32,000 bases of DNA from the NCBI GenBank assembly GCA_900234795.1, contig LT962688.1, forward strand, positions 2,250,001-2,282,000. The letters are read 5' to 3'. Position numbers and translations under genes: made by a program. The notes beneath the pieces were generated by a model, which worked only from the letters and a program-made list of their open reading frames with translations, was not told the origin of the DNA and made no database searches. Below are positions 1 to 15,491 of the stretch, piece by piece. This stretch comes from Methylorubrum extorquens (GTDB lineage: Bacteria > Pseudomonadota > Alphaproteobacteria > Rhizobiales > Beijerinckiaceae). Position 1 is the stretch's first letter. Each line of letters opens with the position of its first letter.

Positions 1-550
1 TCCCGCGGGCGCGACGAGGCCGGCGGCGGCGAGCCACCCGAGGATCGCCGTGGCTCCGGCGAGCGAGAGGGCAAGGCCGCTCGCGAACCGCACCTGCCGC
101 CACGCGCGCCCCGCTGCCGCGCCGGAATCGGGCCAAGCCGCGACGGTGCCGAGCCGGCGTCCGCGATAGACGATCTCTCGGACGACCGGATCGCCGAGGG
201 TCCTCGCCGACAGGACGGCCGCGAGCCAGGACGGGGCCGTGCCGAGCCCATCCCAATCGCCGCAGAGCCGCCGCGGCACCTCGCTGCCGAGGCGGATCTC
301 GGCGCAGATCCCCGGCAGCAGCATCAGGACGGTCGGCTCGGCCTGGGGTTCTCCGACCGGCAGCGCCGCCGGCCCGACGCTGCCGAGCCCCGGTTGCCGG
401 GCAAGCGCTGCGGCGATCCGCTCCGCCGATACCGCAGACTCAACCCGCAGGGCGCTGCGCCCGTCCCAAAAGGGTCCAGGCGACGGCGCCCGCCAGACAG
501 AGCAGGGTCACGATCAGAAGGCGCAGGGCGAGATGCGCAGGCAGGCTCAT
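1..550 (-). CDS. Partial membrane protein with two predicted TM segments flanking a ~140-aa loop, an architecture typical of a sensor-kinase N-terminus. It runs off the window start, and the reading frame appears to switch near 455-475.
   Basis: The ATG at 550 gives MSLPAHLALRLLIVTLLCLAGAVAW (TM1), then a stop at 440. The neighbouring minus frame is open from 507 to position 1 with high GC3. It encodes ..ALRVESAVSAERIAAALARQPG..RFASGLALSLAGATAILGWLAAAGLV (TM2). It is absent from the ORF track because it has no stop inside the window. Confidence 0.4.
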
Positions 551-728
551 CGGGGCGACCGTGCAGGGGAGCGTCGCCCAAGATGGCACCGGCCGCCGTC
601 TGGGGCGCAAGGGGGACGGAGGGATGCCGGGAAAAATGCCCGCGCGGAAGCGGGAGCCGTTCCCTGGGCGACCGTGACGAGGCGGCGCAGGATTTCGATC
701 GCCCTTCCCCTCGCCCGGATTGCCGCCG

Positions 729-1671
729 ATGCTCCCTCTGCCGACCCGTCGAGCCGTCCTCGCCGCGGGTGCCTGCCTGTCGATCCTTCGCTTTCCCGAA
801 GCACGGGCTGCGGCCCCCGCCGATCGCGTCGGCGCCTTCACCGTCACGCCGCTGCGCGACGGCCACTTCCCGCTTGAGCCGAGTATGATCCCCGGCGCCG
901 ACAGCGAGGCCGGACGCGCCTTGCTCGCCCAAGCCGGCTTGCCACCGAGCGGCCCCTCGCCCGAACCGGTCAATGCGTTCCTGATCCGGCGCGGCGCACG
1001 GCACGGTTTGCTCGATGCCGGCTGCGGAACGGTGTTCGGGCCGGGCTTCGACCGGGTGACAGCGGCTCTCGCCGCGGAGGGGGTTGCGGCCCGACCAGAT
1101 CGAGACCGTATGGCTGACCCACCTCCATGCGGACCATGCGGGCGGCCTGCTCACGGGCGATGGCCGCGCCCGCTTCGCCAATGCCGAGCTGGTGCTTCAG
1201 GAGCGTGAGGCCGCCTATTGGTCGGATGCCGGTGCGCGTTCCCGCGCGCCCTCCGCGATGGGGCTGTTCTTCGACACCGCGCAGGCCGTGCTTGCCGCCT
1301 ATGCCGGCCGGGTGCGCCGCGTCTCCGGCGCGGCCGAACTCGCTCCCGGCGTCTCGTTCCTGCCGCTGCCCGGGCACACCCCCGGCCATGCGGGCGTGCT
1401 GATCGAGGACGGGCCGGAGCGGCTGCTGATCTGGGGCGACATCCTCCACTCCCGCCTGCTGCAGGTGCCGCATCCGGACTGGACCGTGATCTGGGATGCC
1501 GATCCGGCGGAGGCGATCGCAACCCGCCGCCGCATCTTCGACCGGGCGGCCAGCGAGGGACTGGACATCGCCGGGATGCACCTGGCGAGCCGAGGCCGGG
1601 TCACGCGCGAGGGGGCGGGCTACCGGTGGGAAGTTCGTGAAGGTGGGGGCGCCGACGAGGTTTCCCGATGA
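729..1671 (+). pseudogene. MBL-fold metallo-hydrolase with a Tat signal peptide, interrupted by one extra G in a G5 run at 1079-1083. This may be a sequencing artefact.
   Basis: The N-terminal part is in ORF 720..1208: TRRAVLAAGA twin-arginine signal, then ..VNAFLIRRGARHGLLDAGCG.. The rest is in ORF 1084..1671: RPDQIETVWLTHLHADHAGG (HxHxDH zinc motif) and LPLPGHTPGH. Deleting one G gives the continuous reading AAEGLRPDQIETVW. Confidence 0.8.
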
Positions 1672-1685
1672 TCCTTCGGGCCAAA

Positions 1686-1716
1686 CGAAAAGGGCCACCG
1701 CCAGCAGCGATGGCCC
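1686..1716 (-). terminator. Candidate intrinsic terminator for gltD
   Basis: The stem GGGCCA/TGGCCC (1692-1697 with 1711-1716) has a 13-nt loop. On the minus strand it is followed by TTTTCGTTT. It lies between the convergent stops of the MBL gene and gltD. Confidence 0.4.
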
Positions 1717-1749
1717 CGATTGTCCGTGTCGCGTCCGATGGGGCGCCGC

Positions 1750-3183
<1,434 letters not shown>

Positions 3184-3306
3184 CGATCAGTCCTTCGCAG
3201 GCGCGGATCTCTCGACCACGCGGCCTTGCCGTCTGCCCGGCATCACTGTGAACCGGTCGGCGGCTTCCTGCCGCCGACCGGTATGGCCCGCCTTGATGAC
3301 GCTCGA

Positions 3307-8027
<4,721 letters not shown>

Positions 8028-8663
8028 CGTCCGCACATCTCCGACCCTGCCCGCATGCGAGCATGTTTCGTGCCCGTACACCGCCGGTGTCCGGGCTGCC
8101 GCCTTCTTTATACCGAGTCGGGTGGGGTCAGGTTCTTCCTGCCGGAATCGCCCGCCAACCCGCGGGCTGAAGCTCCGGCTTGTTCAGCCGGCGCTCGCCC
8201 GGATCGCCTCGACGGTCACCGGTTTCTCAGCTCGTTCGGACGTCACGTCGATCACGTGATGGATCCCCAAAGCTGGCCCGACGGCCAAGCACGACAAATG
8301 GGACAGTCTTGCTGTCCTATAGGTGGACGTTGCCAGATTTCATTCATTCCAGCAAGGGGCCGCCGACCACCGCCGCCGGCCTTTTGAACATGCCTCGGAT
8401 ACGCGCAGCGCACCCGTCTCTTGGCACCCGTCTCTCGGCCTGAACTTGGCGGGCGGACGCGTGCCGGGCAGCACCGCATCACCACAATGGCACTGGCAGG
8501 TTCCGGCTCGGTTCGCAATGTCGCCCCAATCAACCGTTTAGAAAACCTTGCCGGCACGGAAGGAATGCGGGGATGCGTCTGCCGTGACGCCGGGGGACCC
8601 GCGATCAACAGCGGGCTCCCGGGACTTTCCTCTTCTTCTGCACAGCTTGGTTCGAGAGGTCCT

Positions 8664-9716
8664 ATGGCTTCGAGCCGTCACGCCCCTGGTGGAGTCACGA
8701 GAGCGGCACTGCGTCGCGGTCTCGGATTCGGCCTCGTAGCCGCACTTCTGTCGGGCGCCGGTCTGCGGAGCGCCGCCGCCCAGGGCTTCTACCGTGAGAT
8801 CTATGGGCCGCCGCGGGTGGTCTACCGCGAGGATGACGGCGTGTTGCCGTCCCGCGAGGTCGTCGATGAGCTGCGGGACCGCGGCTTCTCCGAGATCGGA
8901 CGTCCTCGCTACGACGGGCGGAACTACCGTGTGGAGGCAACGAGCCCGCGCGGCCAGCGGGTGCGGCTCGTGGTCGATGCCCGCGAGGGCGACGTGATCG
9001 GGCGCGAGCCGCTCGAAGGCGTCTATTATCCCTCCGACCGGGTCCGTCCGGCGGCCCCCGGCTACGGCTGGACCGAGGAGGACATGCGCCCGCGCCGTCC
9101 GATCCGTGAGGCCGAGCGCATCATGCCGCCCGCCGACATCCCCTCCGTTCCCGGTCTGCGCAGCGCTCCGCTCGGCAGCGAGCGGGGTGCGGCGCGGGTC
9201 GAGCGCGTGCCGCCGGCCGCGCGGCCGGACGCCAATCCGCTCGGCGTCAATCCGGATGCGGCGACCCGCTCCGAGCAGCCTCGGCGCGCGGCGGCCCGGA
9301 CCGCCCCGACACCCAAGCTGCCGTCCCAGGCGCGCATTGCCCCGACGGCTCCGGAGCCCTCGCTCCGCTCGGGTTCGCCCGCGTCGCCAGCGATGACGCC
9401 CGCCGCCAAAACCGAGCGGAACAAGGCGGAGACGAAGGAAGCCAAGGCGGTCGAGCCGAAGTTGGGCGAGCCCCGGCCTGAAACTGGCAAGGAAGCCGGC
9501 AAGGAAACCGGCAAGGCCGAAACGAAGCCTGACGCCGCCAAGCCGGAGCCCGCCAAGGACGCCACTAAGGAAGCGACGAAGACCGCCGAGTCGAAGCCGG
9601 CTGCCGGCAAGGGCTGGCAGGATCCGCCGGCCGATGGTCCGCGCAAGAACGTGCGGGTGATCGGTGGGGCGACGGTCGTCCCTGGCGGCACCGGTGAGGC
9701 CGGCAGCGCCGAGTAA
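8664..9716 (+). CDS. Secreted hypothetical protein with a PepSY-like domain and a Pro/Ala/Lys/Glu-rich low-complexity C-terminus
   Basis: The ATG at 8664 is preceded by GAGAGG. The signal-like N-terminus is RRGLGFGLVAALLSGAGLRSAAAQ. The segment EVVDELRDRGFSEIGRPRYDGRNYRVEATSPRGQRVRLVVDAREGDVIG resembles a PepSY fold. The 5' extension to 8421 in the ORF track has no coding-like sequence. Confidence 0.6.
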   Translation: MASSRHAPGGVTRAALRRGLGFGLVAALLSGAGLRSAAAQGFYREIYGPPRVVYREDDGVLPSREVVDELRDRGFSEIGRPRYDGRNYRVEATSPRGQRVRLVVDAREGDVIGREPLEGVYYPSDRVRPAAPGYGWTEEDMRPRRPIREAERIMPPADIPSVPGLRSAPLGSERGAARVERVPPAARPDANPLGVNPDAATRSEQPRRAAARTAPTPKLPSQARIAPTAPEPSLRSGSPASPAMTPAAKTERNKAETKEAKAVEPKLGEPRPETGKEAGKETGKAETKPDAAKPEPAKDATKEATKTAESKPAAGKGWQDPPADGPRKNVRVIGGATVVPGGTGEAGSAE

Positions 9717-9743
9717 CGGGGCTCGGCGCCGGGAAGGCCGGGC

Positions 9744-10631
9744 TCAGCCCTCCTCCCCGGCCAGGATCAGCCGCTCGCGGCCGGAGAACACCGTCAGCGT
9801 GTCCGAGCGGGCAATGGCGCAGAGCGTCATGTCGTGGCAGCGCGCCCGCTCGATCGCGAGCGAGGTCGGGGCGGAGATCGCCACCAGCACCGAGGCGCCC
9901 AGGCTGGCGGCCTTCTCCGCCATCTCGAACGAGCAGCGGCTGGTGATGACGAGAAAGCCCTCGTCCGGCCGCACGCCCTGGCGCAGCAGCGCGCCGATGC
10001 ACTTATCCAGAGCATTGTGGCGGCCGACATCCTCGCGCACCGCCAGCAATGAGCCGTCGAGGTTGGCCCAGCCGGCCGCGTGAACCGCCCGCGTCTCCCG
10101 GTTGAGCGTCTGACGGTCCGACAGGGCGGTCAGCGCCGTCTGGATCGCCGCCAGCGTCACCTGCGGGCCCTTGCCGGAGCGGGGCCGGGCAATCGGCAGG
10201 GCGGCGAGATCCTCGATGCCGCAGACGCCGCAGCCGGTGCGCCCACTGATCGCGCGCTTGCGGGCGAGGTGCTCGCGCAGCCGCCCCGGCGCGAGGTCGA
10301 CCAGCAGCCTCAGGCCACCCTCGCCCGGTTCCACCGCGACGCCCCTGATCTCGTCGGGCGCCTCGATCACGCCCTCGGTGAGGCTGAAGCCGTAGGCGAA
10401 ATCTTCGAGATCGGCCGGCGTCAGCATCATCACGGCGTAGGGTACGGTGCCGTAGACGACGTTGACCGGCATCTCCACGGCCAGCGCCCGGGAATCGGGC
10501 CGCGCCTCGGGCGCGTCATAGGCAACGACGAGCGTTCCGACCTTGACCGACGTCGCAGGGCCGTCCGCACCGAAGTCGTCCTCGGATTCTTGTCCGGCTT
10601 CCTGCCCAGGTATTCCGCCGACGTCCTGCAT
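9744..10631 (-). CDS. fdhD: Formate dehydrogenase accessory sulfurtransferase FdhD
   Basis: Contains ..ISGRTGCGVCGIEDL.., REDVGRHNALDK and LVITSRCSFEM, which are conserved FdhD signatures. The start was chosen at the internal ATG (MQDVGG), giving 295 aa. The upstream extension to 10775 is unlikely. Confidence 0.85.
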   Translation of the reverse strand: MQDVGGIPGQEAGQESEDDFGADGPATSVKVGTLVVAYDAPEARPDSRALAVEMPVNVVYGTVPYAVMMLTPADLEDFAYGFSLTEGVIEAPDEIRGVAVEPGEGGLRLLVDLAPGRLREHLARKRAISGRTGCGVCGIEDLAALPIARPRSGKGPQVTLAAIQTALTALSDRQTLNRETRAVHAAGWANLDGSLLAVREDVGRHNALDKCIGALLRQGVRPDEGFLVITSRCSFEMAEKAASLGASVLVAISAPTSLAIERARCHDMTLCAIARSDTLTVFSGRERLILAGEEG

Positions 10632-10886
10632 CCGTATCCCCAGAGGCAGCCAAATTGCCCGCTGCGCAACCCTGATACCGCGTCCAAGCGACGCTTGGGG
10701 GCGCTGTTGTGGTTGCGGTTTTTTGATCAGTATGGTTCTACGTCGCAACCGCCCATCCGGCAGCGACACGGTCACGCCGGAACCGGCAAGGCCCGTGATA
10801 CGATCGGGCAGTTCTGGGATTTGCGACGCTCGTCGACAAATTCAAGGGCAAACAAACCATAGGCACCAGGGGAGCCAAGCGGGGAC

Positions 10887-11726
10887 ATGCGGACGACGCA
10901 GGCGCAACATCGGTCATCGTGGGGGCTCGCCGCGTTCGGCGCTCTCCTCGGTTCGTCCTCCTCCGCTCTCGCGGCCGGTATCGGTCAGCCCGAGCCGTGG
11001 CAGATGAGCCGTCAGATACCGGTCACGGCCGAGGCCGCTGACCTCCTCAACTTCGAGCACGGGCTGCACTGGATCGCCTTCGCGATCTCGGTCTTCGTTC
11101 TCGTTCTCATTCTCTACTGCATCTTCAAGTTCAACGAGAAGACGAATCCGACGCCGTCGCGCACCACGCACAACACGGCGATCGAGGTGGCCTGGACCAT
11201 CATCCCGGTCCTGATCCTCGTGGCGGTGGCGATCCCCTCGTTCCGCACCCTGCGCACGCAGCTCTCGGACCCGAAGGCCGACCTCGTGGTCAAGGTCGTC
11301 GGCCATGCGTGGTATTGGTCCTACGTCTACCCGGCCGAGGGCGACAAGGGCGGCTTCACCTTCGATGCGAACGTCGACGAGGAGCAGCAGCCCAAGCTGC
11401 TCGCGACCGACAACGACATGGTCATCCCGGTCGGCAAGGTCGTGAAGGTGCAGGTCACCTCCGACGACGTCATCCACTCCTGGGCGATCCCCTCCTTCGG
11501 CGGCAAGATCGACGCGATCCCCGGACGCCTGAACCAGTGGTGGTTCAAGGCCGACCGCGAGGGCACCTATCACGGCCAGTGCTCCGAGCTGTGCGGCGCC
11601 CGTCACGCCTACATGCCGATCACCGTGCGCGTGGTCAGCGAGCAGGCCTACGCCGACTGGCTGACCGAGGCGAAGACCAAGTACGCCGCGATCGACAACG
11701 GCGCGCGCCTCGCGGACGCCCGCTGA
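10887..11726 (+). CDS. coxB: Cytochrome c oxidase subunit II
   Basis: 279 aa with a signal peptide and two TM helices. The CuA site reads HSWAIPSFGGKIDAIPGR..GQCSELCGARHAYM. Confidence 0.95.
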   Translation: MRTTQAQHRSSWGLAAFGALLGSSSSALAAGIGQPEPWQMSRQIPVTAEAADLLNFEHGLHWIAFAISVFVLVLILYCIFKFNEKTNPTPSRTTHNTAIEVAWTIIPVLILVAVAIPSFRTLRTQLSDPKADLVVKVVGHAWYWSYVYPAEGDKGGFTFDANVDEEQQPKLLATDNDMVIPVGKVVKVQVTSDDVIHSWAIPSFGGKIDAIPGRLNQWWFKADREGTYHGQCSELCGARHAYMPITVRVVSEQAYADWLTEAKTKYAAIDNGARLADAR

Positions 11727-11803
11727 CGCTTCTCCGGGCCGGCACGCGCCGGCCGGATCTCCCTTCGCCAGAGGCGACAGACATCTGATTAAGGCAAGGA
11801 TCG

Positions 11804-13432
11804 ATGGCCACCGCCACAGCACATGCCGGGCATGACGCCCACCACGACCATAAGCCCTCCTTCTTCTCCCGCTGGTTCCTCTCGACGAACCACAAGGACA
11901 TCGGCACGCTCTACCTGATCTTCGCCTTCATGGCGGGCATCATCGGCGCGTTCCTGTCCTTCGGCATCCGCATGGAAATGGAGGAGCCGGGGCTCCAGTA
12001 CTTCTCCAACCCGGCGACCTACAACGTGTTCGTCACCGGCCACGGCCTCATCATGGTGTTCTTCATGGTGATGCCCGCCCTCATCGGCGGCTTCGGCAAC
12101 TGGTTCGTCCCGCTGATGATCGGCGCGCCGGACATGGCCTTCCCGCGGATGAACAACGTCTCGTTCTGGCTGACGGTGTCGGGCTTCGCCTGCCTCCTCT
12201 GCTCGCTGTTCGTCGAGGGTTCGCCCGGTGCGTCCGGCGCGGGCACCGGCTGGACCGTCTATCCGCCGCTGTCCTCCTCGGCCGGCCATCCCGGCCCGGC
12301 GGTCGATTTCGCGATCTTCTCGCTCCACCTCGCCGGTGCGGGCTCGATCCTCGGCGCGATCAACTTCATCACCACCATCCTCAACATGCGCGCCCCCGGC
12401 ATGACGCTGCACAAGATGCCGCTCTTCGCCTGGGCCGAGCTCGTCACCGCCTTCCTGCTGCTCCTGTCGCTCCCGGTTCTCGCCGGCGCGATCACGATGC
12501 TGCTCACCGACCGTAACTTCGGCACCACCTTCTTCGCCCCCGAGGGCGGCGGCGATCCGGTGCTCTACCAGCACCTGTTCTGGTTCTTCGGCCACCCCGA
12601 AGTGTACGTGATGATCCTGCCGGCCTTCGGCATCGTCTCGCACATCATCGCCACCTTCTCGCGCAAGCCCGTCTTCGGCTACCTCGCCATGGCCTACGCC
12701 ATGGTCGCCATTGGCGTCGTCGGCTTCGTCGTGTGGGCCCACCACATGTACACCGTCGGCCTGTCGCTCCAGACGCAGTCCTACTTCGTCTTCGCGACCA
12801 TGGTGATCGCGGTGCCGACCGGCGTGAAGATCTTCTCCTGGATCGCGACGATGTGGGGCGGTTCGATCCGCTTCACCGCGGCGATGCACTGGGCGGTGGG
12901 CTTCATCTTCCTGTTCACGGTCGGCGGCGTCACCGGCGTCGTGCTCGCGAACTCCTCGGTCGATAAGTACCTGCACGACACCTACTATGTCGTGGCGCAC
13001 TTCCACTACGTGCTCTCGCTCGGTGCCGTGTTCATCATCTTCGCCGGTATCTACTACTGGTTCCCGAAGATGACCGGCCACGTCATCCCGGAATGGGCGG
13101 GCAAGCTGCACTTCTGGCTGGCCTTCATCGGCGCGAACGTCCTGTTCTTCCCGATGCACTTCCTGGGTCTGGCCGGCATGCCGCGTCGCTACGCCGACTA
13201 TCCCGAGGCCTTCGCCGGCTGGCACAAGGTCGCGACGCTGGGCGGTCACGTCTTCGCCCTCAGCATGATCGTCTTCGTGATCGGCATCGTGCTGGCCTTC
13301 CGCTCCAAGACCCGCGCCGCGGACAATCCGTGGGGCGAGGGTGCCACCACCCTGGAATGGACCCTCTCCTCGCCCCCGCCCTTCCACCAGTTCGAGACGC
13401 TCCCGAAGATCGTCGACGAGCCGGCCCACTAA
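11804..13432 (+). CDS. ctaD: Cytochrome c oxidase subunit I
   Basis: 542 aa with [38 protein letters not shown] and HFHYVLS, the canonical heme-copper oxidase motifs. Confidence 0.97.
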   Translation: MATATAHAGHDAHHDHKPSFFSRWFLSTNHKDIGTLYLIFAFMAGIIGAFLSFGIRMEMEEPGLQYFSNPATYNVFVTGHGLIMVFFMVMPALIGGFGNWFVPLMIGAPDMAFPRMNNVSFWLTVSGFACLLCSLFVEGSPGASGAGTGWTVYPPLSSSAGHPGPAVDFAIFSLHLAGAGSILGAINFITTILNMRAPGMTLHKMPLFAWAELVTAFLLLLSLPVLAGAITMLLTDRNFGTTFFAPEGGGDPVLYQHLFWFFGHPEVYVMILPAFGIVSHIIATFSRKPVFGYLAMAYAMVAIGVVGFVVWAHHMYTVGLSLQTQSYFVFATMVIAVPTGVKIFSWIATMWGGSIRFTAAMHWAVGFIFLFTVGGVTGVVLANSSVDKYLHDTYYVVAHFHYVLSLGAVFIIFAGIYYWFPKMTGHVIPEWAGKLHFWLAFIGANVLFFPMHFLGLAGMPRRYADYPEAFAGWHKVATLGGHVFALSMIVFVIGIVLAFRSKTRAADNPWGEGATTLEWTLSSPPPFHQFETLPKIVDEPAH

Positions 13433-13455
13433 GGGCGGGACGAAAACCGAAGATC

Positions 13456-13481
13456 GCGAGGACCGCCCCGGCGGTCCTCGC
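13456..13481 (+). terminator. Strong hairpin downstream of ctaD, either a partial terminator or an RNA-stabilising element
   Basis: A perfect 11-bp stem, GCGAGGACCGC/GCGGTCCTCGC, with loop CCCG, followed by TCTTTCCC. A second 9-bp hairpin (GGAGGCCTC/GAGGCCTCC) lies at 13490-13520. Confidence 0.45.
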
Positions 13482-13597
13482 TCTTTCCCGGAGGCCTCTC
13501 ACCGCTAAGGCGAGGCCTCCCGCAAAGGGCGGCGCCCCGAACGGCGCGATCCGAAAACCTACGAAAACATCAGAACAAGCGTCAGAGCACGGTTTCC

Positions 13598-14551
13598 ATG
13601 ACGAGCCTGTCGAACAGCCTGAGTGCCGACACCGGCACCACGTCGTTCTCCCCCGCCGCGGGGGGCGAGGTTTCCGACTTCTTCGCCCTGCTGAAGCCGC
13701 GGGTGATGGTGCTCGTCATCTTCACCGCACTCGTCGGCATGGTGGTCTCGGACGCCACCGTGAACCCGGTGATCGCGGCGATCTCGCTGCTGATGATCGC
13801 CGTCGGCGCGGGTGCCTCGGGTTGCCTCAACATGTGGTGGGACGCCGATATCGACGCGCTGATGACCCGCACCGCCAAGCGGCCGATCCCGGACGGGCGC
13901 ATCCGCCCCGACGAGGCGCTGGCCTTCGGCATCGTCCTGTCGGTCGGCTCGGTGCTGATCCTCGGGCTGGCCTCGAACTGGCTCGCGGCCGGGCTGCTCG
14001 CCTTCACCATCGTGTTCTACGCCGTGATCTACTCGATGTGGCTGAAGCGGGCGACCGCGCAGAACATCGTCATCGGCGGCGCGGCCGGCGCCCTCCCCCC
14101 GGTGGTGGGCCAGGCCGCCGTGACCGGCCATGTCGGCATCGAGTCGCTGGTCCTGTTCGCGATCATCTTCATCTGGACGCCGCCGCATTTCTGGGCGCTG
14201 GCGCTCGTGAAGAGCGGCGAGTACGCCCGCGCCGGCATCCCGATGATGCCGAACGTCGCCGGCCCGGATTCCACCCGCCGCCAGATCATCTGGTACTCGC
14301 TGGTCCTCGCGCCGCTGGCCCTCCTGCCGGTCTGGCTCGGCTTCGGCGGCTGGCTCTACGCCGTCGTCGGCGTGCTCGGCGGGCTCGGCATGCTGGCGGG
14401 CGCGGTGCAGGTCTACCGGCTGCGTGAGGGCGAGCCCGAGCGCAAGGCGGCGATGGGCCTGTTCGCCTTCTCGATCCTCTACCTGTTCCTGCTCTTCTCG
14501 GCGCTGCTCGCCGAGCAGGGACTCGGATTGTTCCGCGCGGTCGCAGCGTGA
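13598..14551 (+). CDS. ctaB: Heme o synthase (protoheme IX farnesyltransferase)
   Basis: 317 aa and polytopic. Contains [21 protein letters not shown] (UbiA-family Asp-rich motif). Its position follows ctaD. Confidence 0.93.
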   Translation: MTSLSNSLSADTGTTSFSPAAGGEVSDFFALLKPRVMVLVIFTALVGMVVSDATVNPVIAAISLLMIAVGAGASGCLNMWWDADIDALMTRTAKRPIPDGRIRPDEALAFGIVLSVGSVLILGLASNWLAAGLLAFTIVFYAVIYSMWLKRATAQNIVIGGAAGALPPVVGQAAVTGHVGIESLVLFAIIFIWTPPHFWALALVKSGEYARAGIPMMPNVAGPDSTRRQIIWYSLVLAPLALLPVWLGFGGWLYAVVGVLGGLGMLAGAVQVYRLREGEPERKAAMGLFAFSILYLFLLFSALLAEQGLGLFRAVAA

Positions 14552-14559
14552 GGCCCGCC

Positions 14560-14724
14560 ATGTCCGATCTCCCCGAAGGGATCCGTCCGCTGACGCCGGC
14601 GGAGGCCAGGACGCGCCGCAAGCGCTCGGTCGCCATTGCCCTGACGCTCGGCGCCCTGGTGCTGCTGTTCTTCGTGCTGACGATCGCCAAGCTTGGACCG
14701 CAGATCCTGCAACGGCCGCTCTGA
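14560..14724 (+). CDS. Small single-TM protein, CoxF-like by position in the cox cluster
   Basis: A 54-aa ORF below the track cutoff: MSDLPEGIRPLTPAEARTRRKRSVAIALTLGALVLLFFVLTIAKLGPQILQRPL. It has high GC3. It fills the ctaB-ctaG gap exactly, at the position coxF occupies in the Bradyrhizobium coxBAEFGC order. Confidence 0.6.
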   Translation: MSDLPEGIRPLTPAEARTRRKRSVAIALTLGALVLLFFVLTIAKLGPQILQRPL

Positions 14725-14736
14725 AGGCGTGACCCG

Positions 14737-15345
14737 ATGACGAATGTGGGCGAGAGGCAGAAACAGTCGGCGCGCGGTACGCGCTGGACCGTGCTCGCCT
14801 GTGCGGGCGTCGTGCTCGGCATGGGCGGCCTCGCGGCCGTCTCGGCGCCGCTCTACTCCATGTTCTGCAAGGCGACCGGCTTCAACGGCACGCCGCTCGT
14901 CGGCGCCGCGCCCACCGCTCCGACCGGCGAGGCTCTGGCTCCGGTCTCGGTGCGCTTCGATACCAACGTCTCGAAGAACCTGTCCTGGCGCTTCCAGCCG
15001 GAGCAGTCGCGGGTCGACGCCGTGCCCGGCCAGACCGCAACCGTGTTCTTCAAGGTAACGAATACCGGCCCGGCGCCGTCAGCCGGCATCGCCGTGTTCA
15101 ACGTGCAGCCGGATCTGATGGGCAGCTACTTCGTCAAGGTGCAGTGCTTCTGCTTCGACGAGCACACGCTGCAGCCGGGCGAGTCGGCGGAATTCCCGCT
15201 GGTGTTCTACGTCGATCCGGCCCTGCGCAAGGATCCGGACATCGGCGATCTCTCGGAGATGACGCTGTCCTACACCTACTACCCTTCGAAGAACGGTGCG
15301 CCGGTGGCGGAGGCGGCCAAACCCGCCGCGACGCGCAACTTTTGA
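14737..15345 (+). CDS. ctaG: Cytochrome c oxidase assembly protein CtaG/Cox11 (Cu insertion)
   Basis: 202 aa with APLYSMFCKATGFNGTP and VQCFCFDEHTLQPGE, both Cox11 signatures. Confidence 0.93.
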   Translation: MTNVGERQKQSARGTRWTVLACAGVVLGMGGLAAVSAPLYSMFCKATGFNGTPLVGAAPTAPTGEALAPVSVRFDTNVSKNLSWRFQPEQSRVDAVPGQTATVFFKVTNTGPAPSAGIAVFNVQPDLMGSYFVKVQCFCFDEHTLQPGESAEFPLVFYVDPALRKDPDIGDLSEMTLSYTYYPSKNGAPVAEAAKPAATRNF

Positions 15346-15491
15346 GGGGTGAAGCGGCGGGCCAAGCGTGACAATGGCGCGACCGCCGCAGTAGAGGGTT
15401 TTCAACCGAGGTCCGGTCCCGCCGGACCTCCAAGGCAACAGGGCCCGGCCGTCAGGCGGTGACGGGCAAGGGCTGAGGGAGAACCATTGCG

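Noticed and set aside
8420-8500. TGGCAC motifs (8423-8428 and 8489-8494) as possible sigma-54 promoters
   Set aside because: Neither has the required TTGC element at the -12 position (TGGCAC-N5-TTGC). The downstream bases are TCTC and GGTT.
8082-8663. ORFs 8180..8443, 8252..8608 and 8323..8541 in the long gltB upstream spacer
   Set aside because: They are mutually overlapping, with no SD sequences. Their translations are Pro/Arg/Ser-rich with no hydrophobic core or motif, and GC3 periodicity is weak. I treated the region as non-coding.
11789-13429. 546-aa minus-strand ORF, and similar ones at 15402..16733, 18087..19454, 21311..22870 and 24142..25290
   Set aside because: Each is the mirror of a confidently identified gene (ctaD, ctaE, thrC, the Gfo oxidoreductase, the AlgJ-like gene). 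Each has an Arg/Gly/Asp/His-rich translation.
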